Shown: in pieces, positions 27,401 through 38,455 of the stretch
How the letters are laid out: each line of letters begins with the position of its first letter
Numbering within the stretch: position 1 is the first letter of the stretch
Assembly: GCF_000143415.4 (NCBI RefSeq)
Contig: NW_003314365.1
Coordinates: 545,496 to 609,495, forward strand
Source: Selaginella moellendorffii
Taxonomy: Eukaryota > Plantae > Lycopodiophyta
DNA length: 64,000 nucleotides
Direction of reading: 5' to 3'
Program-made: the position numbers and the translations under genes
The notes under the pieces: generated by a model
What the model was told of the DNA's origin: nothing
What the model saw: only the letters and a program-made list of their open reading frames with translations
Databases searched by the model: none

Positions 27401-30400
27401 CGTGTAAGGAACTGACTCCCCGAGATGTTGTAGGCTAAAGGATCCCCGAAAGCATGACCGAAATGACAAAGAGTTCATCGGATGGGACCGAGTCGAAGAT
27501 CGAGTCCAAGACCGACTCTGAGACCGAGTTCGAGATAGAGTCCGGGATCGAGCCGAGGCCGAATCGGAGACTGAGTTCGAGATCAAGTTTGAGACTGAGT
27601 TCGAGATCCAAATCGGGTCCAAGACCAAGTCCGAGGTCGAGTCCAAAGTTGAGTCTGAGATCAGGTCCGAGATCGAGTCCGAGATTGAGTCCGAGACCAA
27701 GTCCGAAGTCGGGTCCAAGATCGAGTCCGAATACTAATACGGGTCAAGGGGTGAAAGCCCAAAGTGTGTGTCTCCCAGGGGGGGCGGGGTGGGGGAGGGG
27801 GGGGGGGCTGCAGGGGGTTCAAAAAGTATAGTAGAGATAGTGAGGTCCAAGAATCAGTCTTGAAGGAACTCTTCAGTGGTGCTTCCAAACTGACTTGAGG
27901 TTGAGACTGGGGCCGAGGGGCCTTGGGTGGGAGTGAGCATGGGCTTGGGTGGTGCCAGAGGGGCCACCTAGGGAAGTGCTCTAGAGCAGCTCCCACTCCC
28001 GAAAGGGAAACCGACGGCGGTGCTCCCGGCTCATGTATAGTGGTGCCCCACTTAAGTATCTTGGGGCTCATTGGGCCTCGCCCTTCCTAGGGGCTTGGGC
28101 CTTCCCTTCGGGATGGAAATGGGGGGGGGGGGGGGGGGGGCCTATGGACCCCCAACCGGGCCATTAGGCCACGGTGTTTCACCCCGATGTCCCAAAGCAA
28201 GTGTTGCACCCAAGACTTGGGATTTAGAGGGTCCAATGATCAAGTCTTGTAGTACCAAGGGGTGTTAGGAACCTGGAGGCTTGGTGTGCTTGGCTGCTTG
28301 TGTTTGCGGGGAGTGTAGCCGAACCTTAAGTCTAGTCTAACCCGGGGAGGGGGATTGGGTGAGATTTGGGAATCCATGGATGGATGGATAACGCTCCGTT
28401 GCTCGTGTAGTGAGTAGTTGAGACCAAGTAGGACCAAGTAGGAGCTGGTACAATAGGCGGGAACCTTGGCGAGGGAACTTAGCATAAGCCAAGGCAGTGT
28501 TGCTCGGATAGACGAGGTAAGCTAGAAAATTGGAAAGGAAAAATTTGTGGCTTCCAATTAGGTATAAGAGCCTTTTCCTCAGTTCTAACGAAGGATAGAG
28601 GCGGATTGCTGGGAGATGGCAAAGGCAGGGCGTAAGCGAACCCAGGCGGAGACAGAACCTCTGCCAGAGCTGGAGCCTCCGATCAAACAAGAGGCTATGG
28701 ATGAGGAATCCTTGCATAAGGAGGACTCCAGTGAGGAAACTTCCAAACAGGAGTCCCGTGGCAAAGTTCGGTCGTCCAAGGCTCAATTGGACGTTCTAGA
28801 AGGACAATTGTGCAGACCAATGCCCTGCTAGAGACTCTCGTATGCAAGCTAAAGTGTGACGAGAAGCGAAAGAAAAAGCGAAAGACTGCGGATACTATTG
28901 CGGACCCTGTGCAGAAGGTGCAGACCCTTCGGCAGGGACTTAGGCAAAACTAGACAAGGTTGAATAGACCGAAGTGGAATCAATCCCTCAGGCAGTTCCC
29001 AAGTACAAACCAAAGCCCCCACCAGTCTTCAAGGGAGTGAACAACTATAGGATTGGTTTTATGATATGGAGGACTACTTCCGAGCATTGCAGTTACCGAG
29101 CTCGGAGAAGGTCCCATGTGCAAAACCATACTTAGTAGATAATGCCAAGTCTTGGTGGAGAACGACAGAGGCTAACGAAGGACTGGTGGCCACTTGGGAG
29201 ATGATGAAGGCGAGGATCCGCGTGACTTACGTTCCTCCGAATGCTACTCTGCATCTAAGGGATGAGCTGAGTAGGCTGAAGCAGACCGGAACCATTCAGG
29301 AGTATGTGAATGGGTTTATGGCAAAGACAATACTTGTCACAGACATGGGGGATATGGATGCGTTCCATGCCTTCATATCAGGTTTGCAAACCTAGGCTCA
29401 CGGTGAGGTGATGCGTTGGAACCCGACCAATTACAAGGAAGCATTGGATGCGGCCATCAAGGTGCATTTCAACGATAACCTTCGAAAGGGGAAGACGATG
29501 GGGTCGGGGTCCACATTTAGCAAAAGTGCCAAACCAAGGGGAACGTATAGCAAAGGGAAATTCAAGAAGAGTTTCTCTAAGGATGAGTCGTCAGCGTTCC
29601 GGAAAGGCAAATCCGGTGGCCAGCGAGTGAGTACGTGGGGGAGTCAAGGAAAAAGAGACAAACCCACGGATAAAAAGGTCAAGTCATATAGTAGTGTGGA
29701 AAACAACGTATATACTACAACTGCAGTGAAGCGGGACATTTTTCGAGGGAATGTCGCTACCCGAAGAAGGCCAGAGCCAATATGGCCATCAAGTCGGGTG
29801 AAGTGCAAACTGAGGTATGTGATCCAGTCCCTAACTCAAAGTTACTCATTACACCTGCAACTTTGGTAGAGAGTTGTTTGTGATATCTACTATCCCTCCG
29901 AGGGAAGCTCGGGGGTAGCTTTGTTAAGATCCTTATTGACACGGGTGCTTCAGATAATTTTGTGGCTACAGACATAGTCCAGCAAGCTAGACTAACGGTG
30001 CAGCGGCTAGGCGAACCAAGGACTATAGAGTTTGTTCAAGGTAACCAAAGCATCGATGAGGTACTTCGACAAGTGAGAGTCGAAGTAGGGACATGGAAAC
30101 TAGACATGGATTTCACCGTGTTGGACATGTCGGGATTTGACATGATCTTCGGAATGGATTGGTTCAATCGGTTCGTGGTAGCCTTACATGGACAAGGTAG
30201 GAACCTTGTGGTACTGGCGAATGCCCAAGGAAGAAGATCTAGGGTGGAGGCCTAGGATCTAAAGGTAGGGCAAAGCAAGGCCAAAGAATCCTGCTTAAAC
30301 CTGGTATTCACGAGAGGACAACTCACTAAAGGAACTAAGGTAGCATTTTTGTGCTTGCTCTCGGTGAAGGGTGACGAAAAGACAAGAACGGAAGAAGTAC

Positions 30401-32485
30401 CTTTAGTGATCCAGCAGGTGTTGGACCAATTCCAGGATACCATGCCGGAGGAGTTACTGGTGGGGTTGCCCCCCACACGACCGATAGAACGTAAGATTGA
30501 GCTGGTCGAGGGTGCTGAGGCGGTGGTTCGTCCCCCCTATCGTTTGAACGAAAAAGAACTCAAGGAGCTCAAGTGCCAACTAGAGGAGTTGGTGGACAAA
30601 GGGTATGTTAGGTTGAGCAAGTCGCCGTATGGGGCGCCGGTGTTATTTGTGAAAATGAAAGAGGGGTCTATACGCATGTGCATAGACTATCGGTTGCTCA
30701 ACAAGTATACAAAAAAGAACAAGTACCGTTTGCCAAGGATTAAGGACCTGTTCGATAGGTTGGGAAAGGCAAAATACTTCTCAAGGATTGACCTGAGGTC
30801 AGGATACTACCAAATCAAGGTAGCAGAGGAAGATGTCGAGAAGACAACCTGTCGAACTAGGTATGGGAGTTTTGAGTTTTTGGTGATGCCCTTTGGGCTG
30901 TGCAATGCGCTGACAACGTTTTCGGCATTGATGAACCACATCTTTGTACCCTATCTGGATCACTTCGTGGTTGTCTATATCGACGACATCCTAATTTATA
31001 GCAAGACACTAGAGGAGCATGGCAAACACTTGGCGAAGGTGTTTGAGAAACTAAGGGAACACAAACTGTATGCTAAAGAGAGCAAATGTGACTTTGCTCA
31101 ACAAGAGGTAAAGTTTCTCGGGCATGTCGTGGGCCAGGACGAGCTCAAGGTGGACCTGGAGAAGGTCCAAGCGATCCAGGAATGGGAGCGACTAACAAAT
31201 GTACATGAGTTGAGGGTGTTCCTGGGGCTATGCATCTACTACCGAAAGTTTATCAGACACTATTCGAGAGTAGCCCTGCCCTTAATGGACCAAACAGGAA
31301 AAGGGAAGATGGTATGGACAGCTGAATGCGAGGCGGCATTCGTCCACCTCAAAGGGAAGTTGAGAAAGGCTCCCATGTTGGCATTACCAGACTTGGTAAG
31401 GACTTTGAGGTAGAAACGGATGCTTCAGACTTTGTGTTGGGCGTAGTTTTGAAGCAAGACAACCATCCAATAGCATTCTTCTCGAAGAAGTTGGACAAGG
31501 CTCAACAGAAGTGGCTTGCCCACGAGAAGGAATTGTTTGTGGTGGGCAAGGCACTCAAGGAGTGGTGACATTACCTTGGGAGACACTTCAAGGTTTACAC
31601 GGATAATGTGGCAACGAAACACTTCTTGTCACAGCCCAACCTGAGAGGGAAACAAGGTCAGTGGGCCAATGCCTTGGCCGAGTTTGATTGCGAGATTCTG
31701 TACAAGCCTGGGAAGAGCAACATCGTGGCGGATGCGCTAAGTCGAAAAGTGAGCTTGAGGTTGGCGATATCTAGCGCGATAGCAACCTTTTGGGATGATG
31801 TGCGGACAGCATATGAAAACAATGGTCTAGCACAAGAAGTGTTGCTGAAAAATCTAGAGGCACGGGAAGCTCACCAGAGAGGTGAGCTGCCAACGGAAGA
31901 GAAAACGGGCTATGCAAAACGCAACGGACTCATCTATTACAAGTGAACGAGGGTGTATGTTCCAAAAGGGGAACTAAGGAAGGTAGCCTTAGAAGAGTGT
32001 CATAACAAACCTATTGCGGGACTTGGCAGAGTGCCCAAAATGATGGGCTTACTCAAGAGGAAGTACCATTGGCCAGATATGGCTAAGGACATTCAAGACT
32101 ATGTAAAGACATGTCCAATATATCAGCAGATCAAAGCCGTGACTAAAGCTAGTGGGGGCTTGTTGCAAAGCATCCCAATTCTAGATCGTCCGTGGATGTC
32201 TTATGATGGATTTCATCACGGGACTTCCCCCAAGTGAGGGGTTTGATGTGATATTCATGGTGGTGGACCGATTTTCGAAAATGGCACATTTCATACCCAC
32301 CACAACAGAAGTGGATGCGGAAGATATGGCGAAGCTGTTCTTCGAACAAGTGGTTCGAGTGCGGGGAAGGCTGGAAGAGATCATCTCAAATTGAGATAAG
32401 ATCTTCACTAGTAGGTTTTGGAGGACTCTCCTGGATCAATATCGCACCAAGTTGAAATTCAGCACAGCCTATCACCCCCAGACAG

Positions 32486-32532
32486 GTATTGGGTATTAAG
32501 TCAAGTTTGATGGCACTAACACTTCTTGACAG
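32486..32532 (+). other. 47-nt GT-AG intron-like insert in Gypsy integrase
   Basis: GTATTG...GCACTAAC...TTCTTGACAG. Removing it restores YHPQT|DGQTERVN. Confidence 0.8.
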
Positions 32533-32950
32533 ACGGACAAACAGAAAGGGTGAATAGGCAGCTGGAGGATTATTTGCCATGCTATGTCTCGGAAGACCAG
32601 ACCGATTGAATAAGTCATTTGGGACTTGCGGAAATGTGTTATAACAACTCACCACATTCGAGTTTCGGGGTGAGTCTATGGGAAGTCATCAATGGGCGAG
32701 CTATTGAAGGTCCTGTGGAACTCGGTGTGGCCGAGTATCATGGAGAGTTACCCACAATGGAGGCATTCATGGCAGAAAGACTCAGCATTTGGAATCTAGT
32801 GAGGGATTCCTTGGAACAGGCTCAACAAAGGCAAACCAAATACGTGAACCAGAAGCGCCGAGATGTAGAGTTCCAAACTGGGGAGAAGGTGAGGCTGAAC
32901 ACCAAGAACCTCAAGCTACCAAGTGGGATCAGCCGGAAGTTGACCCAAAG

Positions 32951-32998
32951 GTAAAATGCATGTATTCCTGTAAATGAATTGATCTTGAGTTCCTTAAG
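32951..32998 (+). other. 48-nt GT-AG intron-like insert in Gypsy integrase GPY region
   Basis: GTAAAA...TTCCTTAAG. Removing it joins RKLTQ to KFAGPY and removes an in-frame TAA. The original acceptor may have been 3 nt downstream. Confidence 0.65.
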
Positions 32999-33604
32999 CA
33001 AATTCGCAGGGCCTTACAAGATTGAGGCACGAATCGGTAAAGTGGCTTACAGTCTCCAACTTCCTCGAGAGATGGGGAAGATGCACCTAGTGTTCCACAT
33101 GAACTTACTCAAGCCGTACTTTGAGGATCCGCTTCGCAAGGACCAAGTAAGACCTTTACCTGAGGTTTTGTTCATTGAGCGTGTGGTGAGCTTTCCAAGA
33201 TGAACGTCATTCCTATTAGCCAGACATATAACTTAATGGTGAGAACATTTAGATATTATTCAATGTTATCTTTTTCTAACGAATCTAATTGTGAAGGTGT
33301 AGCAAGAGGCATTGCTAGTCTGGAGAAGTCATTTAACTCATTTGACCCTTAGTGTATTTTCATGAAACTAAATAACATTCATATTATTAAGGAATTTCTC
33401 TAGTACCTTTTTTTTACGACATAGAGGCTTGCATTTCTTTCAAAGGTGATTTAGTAAAAGGCCTGAGGGCACATGCCATTCTATTTCTCAGACCGGTATT
33501 AAGATATACTAGTGCAAAGGGCCACATGCCATCACGCCTCCTCTGATTCAGATTCGGATTGTTCACCTTGAAATAAAATACATTAGAAACTTAGTAAAGG
33601 AATA

Positions 33605-36600
33605 TTAATGAATCTCACCTTGAACCCGGGTTATGAATGCTCTTGCTGCATCTCTTGCATGGTCTGGCAAGGTGATGGTGGCACTTTGCTTCCGCATCCA
33701 ACCATGCACAACATTATCCACCGATATGCTCATGCTGGGATCCCTTGGATTCAGCACCCATCTCTTTTCTAGGCAATCCTTCGTATATCCGGAACTTGGC
33801 TTGAACCACTCCACAGTTACATTGAAGGAGTTAGTTTCCGCGTCCTCCTCTGCATCAGTGATGCAGCGCCCCACCCATATCATTTGTTTTTTATTACTGG
33901 GTCTGACAAGCACGACCATTCCTTTGCAGACCTGTACTGGATTGAATGCTGAATCCGGCTTCTTGTTCCTCGGCCCACAATAGTGATCCTCAACATCGTT
34001 ATTTGTCACTGCATTTCCAGAGGACATTGTTCCGCTACTATCTGGTGCTCTATGTTCTGGCCAAAAGGACTCTTCCAATTCTTCATATACAACCGGCCCA
34101 TTTTGGATAGCAGATATAATCTTCTCCCAGTATTCGAGCAAAGGCTTGCACCTCTTAAAATAGGATTCTCCACCAAACACCAACCCCCTCTTCCAGAAGG
34201 CAATATGCTGTCTAATCCCGGCCACTATACTTTCCTGGTCTTTGAGTGCATCCGGGTGCATCGGCCGTGGGGAACCCTGAGGAATCATAGGTTCCCCAGT
34301 TATGGGATCTCTCTTGAAGAGTTCAATGCCGTCCACTGGCAGCCACAGTGTGTCCCATTCTCTCATCTTGTACCTCATCACTGGAGCACCGTCACGCATG
34401 CTGAAATGAAACTGAAGAGGCTTGGAGTGGCCAATCAGCGTTTCGGATCTGTCCCTGATGTAGCCTCTTACAAACCCCTTAAAGTCTGGAAACTCTGTCA
34501 CAAGTGCAACTTCAACAATGCCTTTGATGCAATTTTGGAATTCATCGTAGAGTTGTGGGAGGGTGAGGACATTGGATCGCCGGAGGGACTCTGCCAGGTG
34601 ACTGAACATGGCATCGATGTCTTCATGAGTGTGCCCAACCATGAGAAAGCCAAGTGTAACCGTTTCAAATATGCCTTTGGCAACAAGCATCGCCAAGTAC
34701 GCGAAGACGTACATGTTTTTGTTCTCATTGCCAGCATTGTCTGTTTGGAGCAGAAGATGGGGTGGAAGGCCACATCGGCCGCAAGAACTTCCTTGAGATT
34801 CTGCTTCGTTTGGATGAGGCTGTGCATTCACCGGGCGACCAGCCTCGTCGGAATGGCACGAGGCCTCACGTAATAACCCTACAATCTGACGGCCAACATA
34901 TTCACTGGGATGGCATGGGGACCCACGCGATACTGCAAGCCTTTGCTCCTCCTCCAGCTTAACCCTGTATGGGGTTCGATCGACAAGGGCCTTATGCAAG
35001 GGTTGGCCGTTCAGCTCAGTCTGCGCACTTTGCAGAGACCTTAAGTGTTTTGCTAGGGACGCAATCATCATGTTTGCACCCCCGCCACCCCATAGAGGTA
35101 CAAAGAAGTTCCCATAGTTCTGGGCACCATGCCCATGAGTGATTATGCCAAACAGAGACACAGGCAGCTGCATGGATGAAGAGATTGCCTTGGGGGCAGG
35201 ATTGAGTCGAGGTAAGCACGTCTTTTTCTGGTCCATTTTGTTGTGGATGATGCAGAGGTAAGAGTCAGGTCTCTCCATGGAGAGAATCCTGTTATGATAA
35301 TATGCAGTCCTGCAACTTCTCTGCTCGATGTTGTGGTCGAGCCGCCTTCTAACCAACGTCTCTCGTTCTTGAGTGCTACAAGAATTCTTCGACAAAGCCA
35401 TTTTGATAGCAGTGCACTCGTCACACTTTGAAAAGCTGGAGTACTTTCCTATACTCACATCCCTGAACCTGTTGCTCCACAATCTACTAAATCTAGATTG
35501 GCTCAGCTTCCTCTAGCCATTACTCTGGAGTTCCCGATTCACATCTTCCAATATGGCCCCCTTGGTATACATGGAAGGGAGAACTCGTTGGGTGTCTCGT
35601 GTTCCATCTTCCAAGAGGCGGGTTTTATGTGGTTGCTGCTCGCTACATGTCTCGACAAACCTCTTGAAGATTGCCTCTCCATATACAACATGACTCCTGG
35701 TTTTGTGCGTACCATCGTTCCCATGGACTGCCTGTTGAACCCTTTGTTCCTCGAACTCAGTTTTGATTCTATAGAATGTGCTTCGAGGGACTCCATAAAT
35801 GATTCTCCATGCCTTCATGCAGACCAAACCCCTCTAGAAGACCATGCCCCCCACCTGATGTTCTGAAGCATCAACAGATGACTGTAATGCCTCATATAAA
35901 AAATTGCGAGCTGCCTTCTAGGACAATGTCTTGTATCTTGCTCTCTCCTCTTCAATAGCATCCCAATATGTCCCCCTTGGTATACATGGAAGGGAGAACT
36001 CGTTGGGTGTCTCGTGTTCCATCTTCCAAGAGGCGGGTTTTATGTGGTTGCTGCTCGCTACATGTCTCGACAAACCTCTTGAAGATTGCCTCTCCATATA
36101 CAACATGACCCCTAGTTTTGTGCGTACCGTCGTTCCCATGGACTGCCTGTTGAACCCTTTGTTCCTCGAACTCAGTTTTGATTTTGTAGAATGTGCTTCG
36201 AGGGACTCCATAAATGATTCTCCATGCCTTCATGCAGACCAAACCCCTCTGGAAGACCATGCCCCCCACCTGATGTTCTGAAGCATCAACAGATGACCGT
36301 AATGCCTCATATACAAAATTGCAAGCTGCCTTCCAGGACAATGTCTTGTATCTTGCTCTCTCCTCTTCAATAGCATCCCAATCAGCATGTTGACAGCACC
36401 TCCTCTTGCAACAAGCAACTGTCGAGACCATTCGAACCTCTATCGCCATTTTCTGCCTTTTCGGTTCGTTGCTCAGATCCCTTTGGCTGCGCTTTAGGAA
36501 GGTGTACTTTCTTTTCCCATAAAGAGATGTTCTGTCATCAGTTGTAGTGGTGTTTGATTGTGAATCCTTCACATTCTCAAACACTAAATGCCTCAATTTC

Positions 36601-36971
36601 CACCACACAATACTTCCAATAGTAGACTGTTTTCTTCTGTGTCAACAACCTCTAAAATTGCAACTCCAATATCATCCCAGCCCAATTCTTGATTAGCAAC
36701 CGCATCTCTTGGATCGACAACTGTCCCCAACATCTGCTTTCTTTTGCAGATTTTTCAAGGCAACAACAACATTTACCCCAATGACCATCTCTCCTCGTTC
36801 AATAGCGACCACATTCCCATCGAAGACAGTCTCTACTGATACAGCAGCATTGCCTTCCCCAAGCCTTTGACAGTGTATAACAAAGTTCCGATCCATAGAC
36901 ACAAGGGTCCCTTTTGCAACTCTCTTCCCACCATTCAAAATGTAAACCTTTTCCCCAATCCTGAAGGCCAT
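33605..36971 (-). pseudogene. DDE transposase, Sola/DUF7869-like, disrupted
   Basis: FSKCDECT, IIHNKMDQ, LQTDNAGNENKN and FLMVGHTHEDIDAMFS motifs, plus Cys-rich CCKRRCC and VCMKAWRIIYGV. Disrupted by a 415-bp duplication, a TAG at ~35513 and a probable frameshift near 36700. Confidence 0.8.
35548..36382. repeat. 415-bp tandem duplication inside the transposase
   Basis: 35548-35962 is repeated from 35963, with CCAAT microhomology at the junction. The period is not a multiple of 3. Confidence 0.92.
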
Positions 36972-38215
36972 TCTGAAAGTGCAGAAAAGAAGTTAAGACC
37001 ATACAAAAAATGATTGGAGAATGGCCTAAATCATAACATACCAAATAGCATGAGGCCACATGCCATTATTCAAACATGCTATTGACACCCACGTGAAATT
37101 TCGCATTCACAAAATTGGCATGAGGCCTCATGCCATCTTGATATACACACAGCTGCAGGCAAGTAAAAACATACATGACAATACGCTAGCCATGAAATTG
37201 CAAGGGCCCAAGATGGCATGTGGCCTCATGCCATTTCTAAATGTGGTCCTAAGCCATTCCATGGTGAACATACTAGGAAGCACAAGTGCCGAATATCAAG
37301 AGGAAGCGGTAGCCACACCAAAGACAGTGCCGCTCGCAACACCGCAACTACTCATAGCGCCGCTCACACAAACTGCCACTCGCATAAACTGCCGCTCGCA
37401 ATGCCACAACCGCTTGTAGACGCATAAACCACAGCTCACAACGCCACTTACACAAGCAGTGCTCACTGCGCTCAGCAGAACCAAGAACACGGCGCACAAA
37501 AATGATAGACCTAGGAATGAGTTCGAGAATTCAAAAATAACACACGCTTGAACGTCACATCAAATCCTCTGGCAAACCAGATCTTATGATTCCTCTAACA
37601 AATTTCAAACTGAGTAGCTTCTAGACTTTGCTGTCGGAGGTTGAACTTTGTCACATCATGTCCTTGCCTCGATCCAGCTGTGCCATGTCAGTGATTCGAA
37701 CTTTGCCATGCCGTGTCAGCGATCCGCGCCAAGATTATTCGCCGTGTAAAGGAATAATTATGCTGTGTGTGTACGTCCATTTATGGCAATATAAGGCCAC
37801 ACGCCATTCAAAGAATAATGCTAGTCGAGCATTTTTTGGTGCATTTTTGGGTTCAAAATTGCATGAGCCCACACGCTATAAAGTTTACCTGTACCAAAAA
37901 TAGAAACAGCTTTATTTACTTGGGAATTTAAGTGGTTGAGGCATTTTTAAACTTACAAACACATGCCCTACTTACATCCCTTTGGTTGCTTAAAATTCAA
38001 AAATATTATAAACCTTTCTTTTTGCATTTTCAATATTTTCAATTATGGTTTTTGATTTTCGCAGGACCAGCCTAGTAATCTATTTGCATCCCGTCATGTT
38101 TATAGCTAGGTTTCATTTGTCCCCTTCGCTAGTCTGAGATACATCTGCTCGGCATCTGCCTCTTACAGCATTTGCCCAGAAAGGGCAGCTTTCTTCACGC
38201 AGCATTTGCCACATG

Positions 38216-38241
38216 TTTAGGGTTTAGGGTTTAGGGTTTAG
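38216..38241 (+). repeat. Interstitial plant telomeric repeat (TTTAGGG)3+TTTAG
   Basis: Read directly from the sequence; lies ~215 bp upstream of the cargo ORF. Confidence 0.9.
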
Positions 38242-38455
38242 CAATTCAGTAGCTTGATAAACATGTAAATACAGAACTTGATGCAAAATCCTTTGATATG
38301 TCACAATGCCCTTAGGACCATAAACACATTTCAATAGAGAGGGTCCTTTCATTTCATAACTCCTTACGTAGATCTTGGTGAAACCAGAGTTAGTGAAGTT
38401 GGTTTCTTGTGATCCCGCATCTGATTGTGATGTCCCTTTGTAAAATTCTGTAAAA

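Larger units (their letters stand above)
27426..33203 (+). mobile_element. Ty3/Gypsy retrotransposon (element C): 5' LTR plus degenerate gag-pol, no matching 3' LTR seen
   Basis: LTR ~27426-28556, PBS-like AGGTATAAGAGCC at 28560, gag from 28616, zinc knuckle YNCSEAGHFSREC, LIDTGAS protease, RT YIDD, RNase H and integrase to the FAGPY motif; stops and frameshifts throughout. Confidence 0.88.
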
